Assembly: GCF_001194135.2 (NCBI RefSeq)
Contig: NC_068989.1
Coordinates: 57,654,528-57,705,094, forward strand
From: Octopus bimaculoides
Taxonomy: Eukaryota
Length of the DNA stretch: 50,567 bases
Reading direction: 5' to 3'
Under the pieces are notes generated by a model. That model made no database searches. It had not been told where the DNA came from and saw only the letters and a program-made list of their open reading frames with translations. Shown one piece after another: positions 1-15,052 of the stretch; position 1 is the stretch's first letter, and every line of letters begins with the position of its first letter. The position numbers and the translations under genes were made by a program.

Positions 1-314
1 ATATATATATATATATATAACATGTGAATATTTTGCATATATTTATATGTGTAGGTATATATTTTACACCTCATACACACACACACATATATATATACAT
101 ATATACATACATGTGTGTGTGTGTGTGTGTGTGTATGTGTGTGTGTGTATGCGTGCATGCATGTGTGTATGTGTATGCATCTCTATGAAAATGCAATGTG
201 AATCATTACAAATTAAATGGAGAAAATTTTCAGAATAAATCATATGAGTATTGATAACAAGGATCTCAACCAAAATACCAACATGAAGCTTAGGCCTGCA
301 TATATAACTGAGTA

Positions 315-322
315 TCTGTTTG

Positions 323-380
<58 letters not shown>

Positions 381-420
381 AGTCTATCTATTGTCTATCT
401 GTCTATCTATCTATTTATCT
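315..420. repeat. (TCTA)n microsatellite, representative of dozens of (TA)n, (CA)n, (TACA)n, (GA)n and (ATT)n tracts across the window
   Basis: Direct inspection. Confidence 0.95.
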
Positions 421-1462
421 ACCTGTTTAACTACCTACCGGTCTAAGTTTCTATCTCCTGCAAAAATCCATAATATGGCACACACTTTTTTTCACTGAAA
501 CTGATATTAAACAATAAGTGTTTACAACACATGGTATTAGGCTACTAATATTTTCCCTGTCCACATATACAAAGAATAAACACAATTATATGATGATTAT
601 AATTTAATCTTTAGATGATATTTACACCCTATCAATATGTTTAATATAAAACGAAGTACTGAAACTAATCTATTGGATTATAATAGAACATCTCCTATTG
701 TAGATGTTGTGAAATACTGCATGTTATATATGTTATTAAAGGTTATTGAGACAATATAGGACCCCATATCAAGATGAGTTTTGTACATAGAAAGTCCTCA
801 ACATGGACTATTATAGTATTTGTCTATCTAATTATCTATCTAGCAATCTATATACCTTATCTAATCAATATAATACATAAGCTCGGAAAAGTAGTATATC
901 TGGATTTCTTTCTAAAAGTTTATGACTGTAATAAAATACATTCTATGTCCCTGTTAACCAAAATACACAAACACACACATGCATACACCCATACACACAC
1001 ATACATATAAAAACACATAAACACATAACATAGTATATATAACCTACAAACAAAAAACAATTTACATGTATATGCCTGTATGTATATGGATGTATAGGTT
1101 CATGTGTATAAGTGCATACTTGTGAGTGTGTATATGTGTGTATGTGTAAAAATATCTGTGTGTCACCAAAATATATTTTCAATATTTTAACCTTCTTTCT
1201 CCAATCAACACCATTTTGCTCAAATCTACCGTTTAAGAAACGCAACACATTTTTCTGATCTAGCTCATAATATGACTTACGTATTTCTGTGAAACTTCAT
1301 TTCAAATGTGCACACACACACATATGCATACACACACACATATACATACATACATACGTGTGTACATACATGCATACATACATACATATATATAATGCAT
1401 ATGTGTGTGTATACAGATATATGCTACAAATATATACATATATATATATATATATACATTTT

Positions 1463-1499
<37 letters not shown>

Positions 1500-2092
1500 N
1501 NNNNNNNNNNNNNNNNNNNNNNNNNNNNNNNNNNNNNNNNNNNNNNNNNNNNNNNNNNNNNNNNNNNNNNNNNNNNNNNNNNNNNNNNNNNNNNNNNNNN
1601 NNNNNNNNNNNNNNNNNNNNNNNNNNNNNNNNNNNNNNNNNNNNNNNNNNNNNNNNNNNNNNNNNNNNNNNNNNNNNNNNNNNNNNNNNNNNNNNNNNNN
1701 NNNNNNNNNNNNNNNNNNNNNNNNNNNNNNNNNNNNNNNNNNNNNNNNNNNNNNNNNNNNNNNNNNNNNNNNNNNNNNNNNNNNNNNNNNNNNNNNNNNN
1801 NNNNNNNNNNNNNNNNNNNNNNNNNNNNNNNNNNNNNNNNNNNNNNNNNNNNNNNNNNNNNNNNNNNNNNNNNNNNNNNNNNNNNNNNNNNNNNNNNNNN
1901 NNNNNNNNNNNNNNNNNNNNNNNNNNNNNNNNNNNNNNNNNNNNNNNNNNNNNNNNNNNNNNNNNNNNNNNNNNNNNNNNNNNNNNNNNNNNNNNNNNNN
2001 NNNNNNNNNNNNNNNNNNNNNAAGAGCTTAATTTATAAGCAGTTTTTAAACTCCAACATGTTCTTACATTACAGTAGATCCAGGTGGGGCCA

Positions 2093-2130
<38 letters not shown>

Positions 2131-2145
2131 ACATATATACATATG

Positions 2146-2206
<61 letters not shown>

Positions 2207-2995
2207 CTATATTAAATTAGAATGATCTACAATAGCAACATATTTAAAATAAATGGAAAAAACCATAATTTTCACTTATAGTTCATATTTCATGTTCAAA
2301 AACTGTTTCATTCAGATAATCATCACTAAATGTGCAATTACATAATTGTGATACATAAATAATTAATTTAAATTAAATTAATTTAAAAGCTGTGTTTACC
2401 CAAATCATCAGGAATATTTATAAGTATACTTATATGAATGTGCAGAAGTAGAACACTCACATATCAATTTGAAAAGCTGAATATTTCTAGGCAGTGGAGA
2501 AATCATTTTCCCAAGCAAATATGTAAATTAAAGCACATATTTTTTCTAAGTGTCTGCCATTTTGAAATACTTTGACGTTGCCTTATTTGATGGTTGTTTC
2601 ACATGCAAAAGCATGTTAATTTTTATCCCTCACACACCTAATATGAGGAATTCTTTAAACTGCCTAAAATCACTACTTATAACTGTTAATATTCACAGAT
2701 GAGAATCTACTCTTGTTATTATTGTAATTTCTTTGTAATAAATTATTTCAGACTTAGCATTGTGATCTATTACAGGATTATTAAATATCAAGTGGGAATT
2801 TTCATTTTTTCATGAATGAAAAAGATGCACAAAGTCTCTTTGCTGAAGACAATATAATATATATATAACCTTAAATTGTGTTATTATGATAGTATATAGT
2901 ATCATACATTATAATAATGCTATATGAATGTATAATGTGTATGTGTGTGTGTGTGTGTGTGTGTGTACATATATATATATATATANNNNNNNNNN

Positions 2996-3033
<38 letters not shown>

Positions 3034-3387
3034 AATAAGTACAGCAATTATACTTGAGCTACTTTGAGTTTCATGTTCTGATACCGCAGTAATCAGAAGA
3101 ATTGTATTTTATACTATGCATGATCCAGTTGTCATTCAGGCTCAATTTCTTTTTTTTATTTTTTAGCCTAAATGATTGCTAGATTGTGCATAGTACCCAA
3201 CACAAGCCTATCCAATAACAACACCATATGAGCATGAAATTTGTAACTTATGTACAGCTCCTGTATTCATTAAATAATATTTGAAGAAACATTTATTTCT
3301 CATGGGATTATTTTTTGCTAATCCTATCAACAATTGAACAGTACATTATATATATAAATGAATGAATGAATGTATGTATGTGTAATA

Positions 3388-3449
<62 letters not shown>

Positions 3450-5472
3450 TGTGTATACATATATGTGTATACATATATATACATGTATACATATATATAT
3501 GTATACATACATATACACATATACACATTCATACTGACATGCACACATTTCTAAAATATTTAGCCACACATATAAATAAAGAAAAATATGAAAAAAATTT
3601 TCCAAGAATACTTTGTGCACATGTTTTTCTGACATTTTCCCTAAAAGACAATTTTTGCTTGTCTTTTAGATCCTGGTTCTTCAAATATAGATTGACAAAA
3701 ATTGTCATTGAGACAATTTTTTTTTTAAATTCTACAAAAAAACTGCAAATTCTTCAAAATATTTTCCATTTTGTGTTTTCCATATCTTTTCCCTTTATTT
3801 AACTACTTGCCAATGTCAGTATACATTTTTGTGTATGCATATATACATATATATGAAGGTATATGTATACATATATACATATGCACATATATATATACAT
3901 ATATATAAGCATATACATATATGTATATATAATGCATATATATACTATACATATATGTATTATATCCAATGTTTTAACATGTATAAACAAAACAAGCCTC
4001 TAAATATATTTTACGTACTTACACTTATACATATATGTATTTCAATATATATGTTTTTACATATACACTCATATGATGCTTATATAAATATAAAATATAT
4101 ATGTACATATTTAATTATAAACACGAAACAAAATTTAATTATTCTTCTAATTACCTTTTTAAATTTTTTTAAACTTTTATCCCCCTTCTCTTCCCGAGCA
4201 AAAAAATACTGAAAAAATATGTTAAAAATATGAATATGTGTATGCATCTTTGTATACATATATATATAGTATATACATATATATATANNNNNNNNNNNNN
4301 NNNNNNNNNNNNNNNNNNNNNNNNNNNNNNNNNNNNNNNNNNNNNNNNNNNNNNNNNNNNNNNNNNNNNNNNNNNNNNNNNNNNNNNNNNNNNNNNNNNN
4401 NNNNNNNNNNNNNNNNNNNNNNNNNNNNNNNNNNNNNNNNNNNNNNNNNNNNNNNNNNNNNNNNNNNNNNNNNNNNNNNNNNNNNNNNNNNNNNNNNNNN
4501 NNNNNNNNNNNNNNNNNNNNNNNNNNNNNNNNNNNNNNNNNNNNNNNNNNNNNNNNNNNNNNNNNNNNNNNNNNNNNNNNNNNNNNNNNNNNNNNNNNNN
4601 NNNNNNNNNNNNNNNNNNNNNNNNNNNNNNNNNNNNNNNNNNNNNNNNNNNNNNNNNNNNNNNNNNNNNNNNNNNNNNNNNNNNNNNNNNNNNNNNNNNN
4701 NNNNNNNNNNNNNNNNNNNNNNNNNNNNNNNNNNNNNNNNNNNNNNNNNNNNNNNNNNNNNNNNNNNNNNNNNNNNNNNNNNNNNNNNNNNNNNNNNNNN
4801 NNNNNNNNNNNNNNNNNNNNNNNNNNNNNNNNNNNNNNNNNNNNNNNNNNNNNNNNNNNNNNNNNNNNNNNNNNNNNNNNNNNNNNNNNNNNNNNNNNNN
4901 NNNNNNNNNNNNNNNNNNNNNNNNNNNNNNNNNNNNNNNNNNNNNNNNNNNNNNNNNNNNNNNNNNNNNNNNNNNNNNNNNNNNNNNNNNNNNNNNNNNN
5001 NNNNNNNNNNNNNNNNNNNNNNNNNNNNNNNNNNNNNNNNNNNNNNNNNNNNNNNNNNNNNNNNNNNNNNNTATATATATATATATATATATGTATGCAT
5101 GTACACACACATATATGCATATCACATATGCATACATATATATGTGTGTGTGTATTTATATATCAGATATATATGTGTGTGTGTGCGTGCTTGTGCGCAT
5201 GTTTGCGTGCATGCTTGTATTCTCAAGACAACACCTCTTGCTTCAAATCAACCTGTTCATTCTTGCTAAATTAGCCACCATTTCCTCTCTACCTGTCCTC
5301 CAATCCCAATCTTTATGGAACATTTTAAACATACCTCTTTTTTTTTTGTATATATAACTTTGCACTTTACTATTTTCATGACAATGATGGCTACTTTGAT
5401 TAAACCTTTTTCTCACAGACTACAGTTGTCTTGCTTTGTTTTTTCAATTTATCTTTGCTTTTCACTCTAACA

Positions 5473-5635
5473 GGAGCAGGCATGGCTGTATAGTTAAGAA
5501 GTTTGTTTGCCAACCATGTCATTTCAGGTTCAGTTTCACAGTATAAGCAAGTGTTTTGTACTATAGCCCTGGGTCAACTAAAGCCTTGTGAGTGGATTTG
5601 GTAGATGGAAACTGAGAAAAAGCCTATTGTATGTG
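5473..5635 (+). mobile_element. tRNA-derived SINE family 1 (other copies: about 7205-7335 +, 21385-21656 -, 43185-43340 -, 44108-44330 +, 47468-47600 +, 47601-47716 -, 48995-49190 + 3' part)
   Basis: Shared TGGCTGTGTGGTAAG..CCAACCACATGG..GGTTCAGTCCCACTG..GGCAAGTG..AAAGCCTTGTGAGTGGATTTGGTAGACGGAAA core across copies. Confidence 0.8.
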
Positions 5636-5637
5636 CT

Positions 5638-5669
<32 letters not shown>

Positions 5670-6870
5670 TTGGGTCACACCATAAATAAGCAGTTATTTT
5701 ATACTTCTTTTATTTTTCAAAATTAAGATAAACAAAGTTCTTTTTTAATCTAAAATATGCTCTCCTTCATTTTCTACAATGCTCTTCCATCTATCTGGTA
5801 GACTTGCCAGGCCCCTCTTCTAAAATTCACTTGTCCATGAGGAAAAATACTCCTCCAGTACTGTTCTGACCTCATTTACAGAATTCATATTTTTTCCATC
5901 CAAATGATCTTGAAGATTGAAGAATAAATGATAATCAAATGGGGCAATGTCCAGTGAATATGGTGGGTGGGGCATCATTTCCCATTCACACTGCTCCAGC
6001 TTTTGCAATGTCATCCTTGCTGTATGTGGTCAAACATTATTCTGATGGAAGAACACCTTTCGTCTTGAAACCAAAGATGGTCGTTTTTCTTCTAGTGCTG
6101 ACTTAAGCCTCTCAAGCTGCTCGCACTAGATCTCCTTTGTTATCATTTGGTTTGAGTTTAAAAGTTCAAAGTGGACTAAACTTTTCATATCCCACCAAAC
6201 AGATCACAACACCTTAGGTGGGTGAAGACCTTCTTTAGCTTGGGGTACTGGTGTTTCTCCTTTCTCTACCCACTGTCTTTGGTGCTTGATATTTTTATAG
6301 AGATCCCATTTCTTGTCACCAGTCACTATTCATGAGATGTGACAGCAAAGAAGAGCACACATTCACTCTCTGCTCATGGTTAGACTCAGAAAGTTTGTGA
6401 GGAACTCATTGACCCAATTTGCTGATTTTTCCAACGAATGGCTGAATGACCAAATCAAAGCTTCTCTACTAGTTCCTCAACAGTTATGATGCAATTTTGC
6501 TCCACCAGGGTTTGCAGGACATCCTAGTTGAGCTCTACAGATCTTCAAGGACATGGGTTGTCTTCTAGGCTGTAGTTTCCAGCTTGGAATTTCTGGAACC
6601 ACCGTTGATACTGGCTTACACTTATTGTCTGATCCCCATATATTGCATTAATATTCTTCACACTTTCTATTGCCTTTATTGAACTCATAAAGCATAAATG
6701 ACAAATATGCTCCTTTGTCACTTCCATTATAGCTTTGAAAATATAACTGTTAAACTTGAACTGCACTCTTCAAAACTTTCACTAAGAATAAGGACATGGT
6801 AAAATTGGAAGCTGAGTATATTTGCCAGTGCAGAAACCAGTCCACATGAGTCCAAATACTTGAATGTATG
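5670..6870 (-). mobile_element. Decayed mariner (Tc1/mariner) transposon
   Basis: Minus-strand motifs: RWFQKF (HTH), *VPHKL (WVPHEL), VTGDKKW, VWWD, FHQNN..PH and HPPYSLDIAPFDYHLF. TA plus a TIR-like end TTGGGTCACACC at 5668-5681; second TIR not found; stops and frameshifts present. Confidence 0.9.
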
Positions 6871-7420
6871 CTGGAAGATTGCTTTAACCCGTTTACCTTC
6901 AGATGGTTGATTTCTGTAGTTAATATCAGTGTATTTTGGTAATTTAAATAAGAGTTTTCACTGTTATTTCCAGTAGGTAGACATATTTAGTATGTCCTTT
7001 GATTAATTTTAATCCTTCAGCTATTTAATGCTTTTTTTGGTTCTTGCAATCGCCTATATTCTCATTCAGTTATTATCATTTTTAAGTTATTACACTAGAT
7101 AGTAACAGAGTCAATGGTATCTTCACAAATTATTTTTTCGTGAATAATTTTTTCTCATGAATTATTTGCTCCATTGAAATGATATATATATATGAGAGAG
7201 ATAGGTATAGGCATTGCTGTGAGTTTAAAAGGTTTGCTTCCCAACCATGTGATCTCAGGTTTAGTTCCACAGCAGGGCACCTTCGACAAGTGCTTTTTAT
7301 TCTAGCCAACCAAAGTATAAACCTGTGGTTTATATGTACGTAAGCATGTATGTGTGTGTGCATACATGAGAGGGAGAGGGATAAGTGCAAGTAGACTGAC
7401 AGACATATAGACAGAATGCA

Positions 7421-7465
<45 letters not shown>

Positions 7466-8632
7466 TTATGTCGTGTTCATCTCAAACACAGAAGAACAAA
7501 GCCAAAAGTTATCATGGCAAAACATAGCTTCACTGAACATTTTTTAGAAATATGATTTTATTTACACTTTAATGTTGTAATGAATAGGTTTTTACAAACA
7601 GTCTGTTGCTGGATCCATAAACATTTACAATGAACTCAACTATTTAGCCTCTAAGATTAGATTTCACCAACATCTAATTTGCATTTTATCCATCTTCCAA
7701 AGTGGGACAAAGAGTCATTGGCATGTTAGAAAATAAATCAGATTCAAGATTGCTCTCAGTATGCTTCCATATTGATTCATATTGCAGATTTACAGAGACA
7801 ACCTTTCTTTTAAAGAAATGGAAACACCTAAATATATCATTACTGTGTAAAGTAATCACAAGAAATTCGATCCTCCACAATTATTTTGCTTACTCTGGAA
7901 TAAGATTTTGCTTTAGTTTAAGCCCATTGATCTCTCTGTAAACCAGCATCAACTGAAGACCTTCAATCACACTGTGACAGATCCAAGAACAGTTGAATCA
8001 TAAAAAGAGTTCGTTCTTACAAAACGATTTTTTTTTTTTTATTTCCAAAGATATATCGATGATGATGATATCCTGCTAGAAATTATATCCCACTGTCTTA
8101 AATGAGGAGAGGACACACCAGATTATGATGTTGTATATACTTCTAAAAAGACGAGATAATCATGGTTGGATTATCTTTCATTATAGGTTTGATCGATCAA
8201 TGTTGACCTGGTGCCAAAAGGAACTAAAGCTTATTTAAGATTTAATTTGTCAAGCAAGATCCGTTAGGAGAAGTGAGAATGAAAATACATGGTAGGGAGC
8301 GCAGGAATAGACACAGATCCATAGAGAGAACGAAGTGAAAATGAAATCGTAAGTGTCCTTATCCTTTTTTATTCAAACAGGCCATATCAGGCCTCTCACA
8401 CCTATCGTGCAATGTCATTCTAGGAATAAACAACCACATCATATAAATTCCAAAGCTACAAGATAATGTATAAATTCAAAACAATGTGAATAAATAAGCA
8501 TTACATGTGACAGAAAAATCTGAATGCTAAAAGATTGTAAACAATCGTACACAAAATAATTTTCCCGTCTTAAAGAACTTGAAAGAGCTGCTAAATTCCA
8601 TTCTAAATCGAAGCTGTTATTTTCACCTGTCA

Positions 8633-8975
8633 TGTGCCTTCTAGCACTTGTGCTGGTGGCACGTTAGAAAATCATTCGAGCGAGGTCGTTGCCAATGCCG
8701 TTGGACTGGCTCCTGTGCATGTGACACATAAAAAACACCATTTTGAGCGTGGCCGTTGCCAGTACCGTGTGACTGGCCCTCGTGCCGGTGGCACGTTAAA
8801 GCACCCACTACATTCTCGGAGTGATTGGCGTTAGGAAGGGCATCCAGCTGTAGAAACTCTGCCAGATCAGATTGGAGCCTGGTGCAGCCTTCTGGCTTGC
8901 CAGTCCTCAGTCAAATCGTCCAACCCATGCTAGCATGGAAAGCGGACGTTAAACGATGATGATGATGATGATGTG
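8633..8975 (+). mobile_element. SINE/LINE-tail family 3 ending in (GAT)n (other copies: about 17236-17540 +, 47235-47340 - partial)
   Basis: Near-identical GGTGGCACGT..GGCGTTAGGAAGGGCATCCAGCTGTAGAAACTCTGCC..CCCATGCTAGCAT.GAAAGCGGACGTTAAAC in both long copies. Confidence 0.8.
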
Positions 8976-9129
8976 AAAATGTGTTAACATGGTTAGCGTT
9001 AAGTTTGAATGGTTAGTTACAAGTCGACGTCGGGTGAAAAAATGTGGGCGAGAAAGAAATTCTAATGGTTGGTGAAGTTCTAACGAGGAAGGAATAGGTA
9101 GAGTAGTTGGTTGGTGGGGCATGGAAGGA

Positions 9130-9480
9130 GTGGCGCAAAATGGTTGGTCACATGAAGGGGGACAGATGCGTCAGTGATTTTGCATCGAAGTGACTAACAA
9201 TTCGCAAGTTACTAGTTCTAAAGATCAGATGCTGTTGTAATAAGGGTTGAAGAGACAGAGTGGCTCTAATAAAGTGGACTAGTCTTTGAGCCCTATACGA
9301 TAAATGTGAGGTCACCATTAGCAATTATCAGTGTTTGTGATGTTTGGCATTTATAGCGACTTTTAACTGAGAGAGGAGAATATGAAGTACAATATTGTTC
9401 CGTTGGTGAATACAGGCAAAAGAAAGTGGGTGACATAACCGAACGTTGGGGCATACCAAAGTTGATAGAGTTTGTGTGTG

Positions 9481-9514
<34 letters not shown>

Positions 9515-11690
9515 TGTAACAATTGGATTTGATCCCACGTTTTGTCACATTGAAATCAAAATTTAATCATGTGCGCAAACCCTAATTGTTGTCCAATCAA
9601 CGATTGTTCACGTGATAGTTTGGTAGCATGACTAGGACCTTCTGTGAACATGGCCTACAAATACAGCTCAATTGAGCGCGAAAACTACAGAGTCATTCGG
9701 TTCCTGGTAGTGTTCACTCTCGAAACATAGCTGTTTTTACAGCTACATATTCAACCTGAACGATCGAAGAAGATACGCGATGGCAACAGGAATATGTATC
9801 GATGTGTGAAAATTAGTCCGCATGTTGAATTCCTAACGAAGACTCTGCACTTGTCATATACGTTGTTTCATCTGAATATTCCTTTTCTTGTATTGCATTA
9901 ACACCTATATTAATGTAACAATAAATTATGTTCACAAACATAAAGCAGCTTCTATCATTGCCACAAGCCCATCAGCGCACACTGTAATGGAGTGATCGGA
10001 TACTAAAATTCCAACTCATGACATCGGAGCGATGGATAACAGTTTAGCTAAGAAATTTTTGTATAAAACATGGTGATGTAAAACATTTGACCGTGCAACG
10101 ACATTATTTTCACCAAATTTCTTAAGAACGAGTGAAAACTGGCAGGTGACATAGAAGGGCAGATTTCCAGTATATCTGCCTCAAGGAAAAGGGACTGACG
10201 ATGACGGAGGAAGTAATTGTTAACAACCGTTTCCGTTATACTAGAGGTGTTCGAAGTGGAAATGATAGATTGATGGTCAGAGACGTTGTTCTTCAGGACA
10301 CGTTGAAGCAGATCTCCAAAGATCGAGAAAAATCTTAAGTTTGTGCGAATAACTGCGATAACCTGTTTGAGGAGAATCGAAAGGGCATTGCCAGGGCCGG
10401 TGATCTTGGTTTGAAGAGAGTGAAAATACTTTGCAAGTGGTATTGGAGGTGTTATTGTTGTTGTAGTTGTTGCTATTGTTGTTCTAGTTTAGCTCTTGGT
10501 CGGCCCTGATCGAGCAGACCTATGATCAAATCGTTCCAACTGTAACCAATCCGAATTATATATTACCCAACATATTTAATTTTAAAATTAAAAAACAACA
10601 GTAGGGCGTGGTTGGATGGCGTTTTGACTGTAATTTCTATCAGATAGAGCGATGGCATAGAGGCCTCATCGTTGGCTTCGGATGTAGAAGATCGATGTAG
10701 AAAGAAAGTTTCGAAAGAGTTTTATCGAGGGTGTTTAAAGTGGAGTCGAATGTAAATCAGGCCAGAACTGTGTGTATTTTCTCTGTGGGAAAAATACTTA
10801 TGGAATCATCACAGCTGAATAATGTTGGTTAGAATTCCATAAAGTTGGTAGATATCTTTGACAAGAGATTAAAGGTTAAATTTCTTATAATGTTGGAAGC
10901 GGGTGACACACCTTTTCTGCTTGACAGACGGTAGTCTTTCAGAAATTATAACTATAGGTAAGAGCCATCAAGATAGCAGAGGTAGTTATTTTCCCAAGCG
11001 TTATAGGAAAGTTGCGGTTCAGCTAGGTAGGATATTTGGACCTATGAGCTTTAGTTGTGCGAGAGAAGGAAACAGATATAATGAAGATGAAGGTTTCAAA
11101 CACACTGCTTAGCCATCTCGAAAGGTCAACTCGCGCCTATATAGATTTTCTGCCAGAGATTGTTAACCTAAAGCTGGTTGAATTCAGATCAGTTAGCTGA
11201 TTTGAAGTACCATAGTGTTCTGAAGGTAGGGGTTATTGAGTACTATGGTATGTGGGAAGTCGTAATTAGGTTGCAGTGGGATTATCGACTGGTACAAGGG
11301 CGAATATAGCTTAGTAAAGCTAAGCTGGAAGGAGTGGCAACTATCAAGGTTGTCAGAGGTACCTGTACCAATTAAGGCTATCAGAAGCTTTGGTTAGAGC
11401 GAAAAGTGAGAACTAACAAGACTTGTGGGCATTGAGTCTCGAAGAAGGACGAGGAGTTCAGAGAAGTGTGAAATAAGATAGATATTGTTGATACGAAAGA
11501 TGGTCGAAAAGTTGGTACCGATTAAAGGTGTTCACAAAAGTGGTAGAAGCAGCAAATGAATTTGGTCTAGAGGAACTGGAATTCTTAGTTGCGAATAAAC
11601 AAGTGAGAGTGGTGAGTGATAGATGGTATGTGAGGTTCAGATTGGACTGGAGTCCACGAATGTTTAAATAAAGAAGGAAGAATTTCTAAA
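9130..11690 (-). mobile_element. Highly decayed CR1/Jockey-group LINE ORF2
   Basis: APE start motif YLNIRGLQSNL near 11640-11680 and RT motif INFGMPQRSVMSPTFFCLY near 9410-9470, in the correct order on the minus strand. Confidence 0.6.
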
Positions 11691-11714
11691 GTAATATATT
11701 ACAAGCAACAGTTT

Positions 11715-12080
11715 AATAAACAATTTATTTTACAAAATTCTTTACTATTTTCAAAATTAATTGAAACAAAGAGAATGTACAGCAAAAATAGATAACAGAA
11801 TGGGTAAAGTTATCTAAATTAAAACTATAAATCAAACTTTCAAGTTAATTCATGTTTGAAAAACCTGCTAAATAATGACAAATTTATTTTACAGATTTTT
11901 TCATTATTTCGAAAATGGAAACAAAAGCAATGTATTTCAACAAAAATATCGAAACAAATGAGCTAAAATGATCTAAATTAAAACCGTAAATCAAAATTTC
12001 ATGTTAATTTATGTTCCAAACACCAGCTTAATAATGATATTAATTTCAACGAAGCTATTTCAACAGAAATAAAAGGGTAA
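11715..12080. repeat. Degenerate AT-rich tandem repeat, period about 160 bp, about 2.3 units
   Basis: Recurrent AATTTATTTTACA, GAAACAAA.., ATCTAAATTAAAAC..TAAATCAAA.TTTCA.GTTAATT and ATAATGA blocks at roughly 160-bp spacing. Confidence 0.6.
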
Positions 12081-15052
12081 AAGATATTACTAAAGAATCG
12101 TGAGACCAAAGAGATGATATCTAAATATCCAGTGCCGTCAATTTCTACTCACCCAGATGTTGCCCCAACCATCATTATCAGTTCCCGAGAAAGATATCCT
12201 ACCAGTTTAATGACCACTTCCTAATGTTTCAGTCATCTTTCAAGTTGAAGGTGGTAACCATCGTGGCCCCAATTTCCTGTCATCTAAATCTGCATAGTTA
12301 TAAACTTTATTTCTTCCCTTTGGAAAAGGCGAACTCTTGTACACGTGTCAGCACAATTACGGCACCTCAGCCGTGTTCTTCATAAGAATTTAACTTGCTT
12401 TTAAATGGTGTTTTGGTTTTTTTTTTTTCTTTATTAACCAGCTTGTTCCGGTTTACAAGATATTTTCAATGGAGGATTAAATGGTTAGCTGTTACATAAA
12501 CTATGTGTGCTAATCTAACCACCAGTCATCTATCAAAATCACTAATCTGGTATTCCACTGGTCGCAACGATGCCATATTAGTGAGATCCAACTTTATAAA
12601 CATTGCAGCAAAGGAAATAAAACTACAAGAAACTCGATCATTCTGTGAATTATCGTTGGATCATAAGTTGATACGATTGGAAGGTTGTACAAGAGCAAGT
12701 GCGTGGTCTGATGAGAGAAACAATTAGTGATGACTGAGTCTGGCAGTCATTGCCAATAGGAATAAAGCAAATATGGTTCATGAATAACACTGGGATTTAT
12801 GAACGGTAACATTTACTGGTTAGATTTTTCATAGATGAGTTATTAATCGCAGTGCACTTGAAGAGACAGGTGAGCAGAGAGTTCAATTCTCTTGAAGACA
12901 AAAATACCAAATAGACTCAGTTGTGTAAATGAAGTGAAGGAGACAGTTTCGACTGGAAGTAAAATGGGATTCTAAAAAAAAAATTTTTTTTTAAACCAAC
13001 GATGGCCTACATCGGTAATTGATAAGTATTAGCAGTTCAACCATCTGAAACATCGCTTCCTGATGAAATATCCTTTCAGAAACATTTGGCTTTTTTCCCT
13101 CTTCTTCACACCATAGCAATATATTCCAGTTTTGAATTCTTTATACTCAGCTGAAAGTAGCTAATTACATTAATACTAATTACATTATAGACATTATAGT
13201 AACTAATTACACTATAGGTAAAGATTATCTCTGTTCGATAAAATAAGTGCAAGACTATAAGTTCTAGAATCAATATAATCGATTTTAAAACACCATTCAA
13301 AGATATTTCCATCATGGCATCAGTTCAATAACTAAAACCAGACAAAGAGTTAAATTAGTAATACAGTTTTGTAAGGAAAAACGAAATTTGATTGGGGAAA
13401 AAAGAATCAAAATGAATAGGAAGAATTAATGTTTCATAAAACGAAATCTGGTGCAACCTGAGCAAGTAACTCTGAAATATCCAGAGGGACTAACAGTTAA
13501 GCTGTATTGAAATAATACACTTTATAGTGGAGTTCAGGACGCGTCAAATAAAAACTTCCAGATTCACTATTCAACGGAAAGCGCACAGTGTGCCCGGTTT
13601 AAACTATGATAGTAACTGAGAAACAAACGAGAAAAATTTAGCTATATGATTGTAGTGGTTAAGTGTGTATCAGTATGGGTTAAGGTGAACAAATGCCATA
13701 GGCATGTGGATGCCTTTGAAGTAAACAAATAAATTACATCGATTCATAGTTAACATAATTTATTTACTGTACTTGCATATGCCTTTGGTATACAATATTC
13801 TTCACTACATGTAATTGTTGACAATTACTACGAGTTACTAGTAATAGAAACAGGGCACATCTATGGAGGTGATATGTCAGAACTGAATATATTTGTTTGA
13901 GTGTGTGGTTCATCTAAGAAAGTAGTCTGCCATGGACCTTTCAGTCTGTCTGCCAAAGCCTTTCTGTCCATATCTATGTTGACCGCGGTATTTTATAACC
14001 CGCTGTGACAGCTAGAAGGACAGACATACTGCAGCAGAGATTGTGCCTAAATAGGTCAGGTCCTGTCCACTTGAACTTCGCCTAACATGGCTGAGGTCGT
14101 AGGTCAGAGGGAGATGACTTATCATTTTTTTTTTTTTTTTTTTTTGACAGAACAAAGAAAACCTGTTTTTTGCGCCTGTTGATCGTGGTGGTTTGGACGA
14201 GCGAGAATCCTTAGATTCGATTTCGAATCTAAGCTTGGAGAAAGAAGTGTTAATTTTTACACGATGATACCGTTATCATCTAACTTGACTGCTATTACGT
14301 CAATATCAGTGTGAAATTTGGCAGGTTTTTCCTGCCGCACCCAGTATTTAATCAATAGCTTAGATTAGGAAAGAATTCTATGGATGAATAAGCTTTAACT
14401 TTGATTCTAGGTTAATTCGTTTCTTCATTAACATACGGGAGCAAATGATAAAAAAAACAAGCAAAAAAATTATTTGAGAAGGCTGGGAGTGGTATCAGAC
14501 CTGCACAGCAAATGCAAGAAAAAGAAAACAGCAATATTTCATCTACAGTGTCGATGTAAAATATCTACATTATATTTTAAGGGATCCTACATTAATCAAT
14601 GGTTATCAAATTTCTCCGACATAGGGATCGGAACTTGATTGCAGATATGGCTTGTGGAGCTAATAAAAGTAACAATAAAGGATATACCAAGGTTTCATAG
14701 ATAACTACAGCACTGGTCGTGAGGACAACAGAGAGAAATTTTGCATGACAAAACAAAAGTGCTTTCGGAACTCCACTCAAAATTGAGAAATTAAGGTGTA
14801 AATGAATCTTAAATCCTTGATTAAGTCATTTTAAAATGATAACGACACAACTTGTAATGTTAAAGTCGCAGGGGTCTTTTATGATAAAATATAAACAAAG
14901 TAGGCAGCTTTTGTGTATAATTATGGATGCATAATCAAACATGATAACTAATATCAGGTTATCTGAAATGCTCAATGGTAAACTTACGTAAATATTTTAT
15001 TCCCAATACATCAGACCTACAAGATAATATTTTATATAAAGCAACTATAAAC

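Noticed and set aside
47-5357. Many 60-375 aa ORFs rich in YI/HT/CV dipeptides or X
   Set aside because: Translations of (TA)n, (CA)n and (TACA)n microsatellites and N gaps; the same applies to similar ORFs at 17.9-18.4, 27.5-29.0, 34.4-35.5, 38.2-39.7 and 40.6-40.9 kb
12130-12195. Possible 46-nt minus-strand exon (ISFSGTDNDGWGNIW) ending at a GTGAGT donor; also a candidate at about 37995-38030
   Set aside because: Too short, no recognisable homology and no partner exons; cannot be distinguished from chance
12702-12725. CTGATGA-GA-GAAAC, hammerhead-core-like; similar at about 13063-13085
   Set aside because: No helix II and no helix I pairing; chance matches
12500-13420. Possible upstream part of the hAT element seen at 15053-15210
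   Set aside because: Only vague motif similarity; no catalytic motif readable
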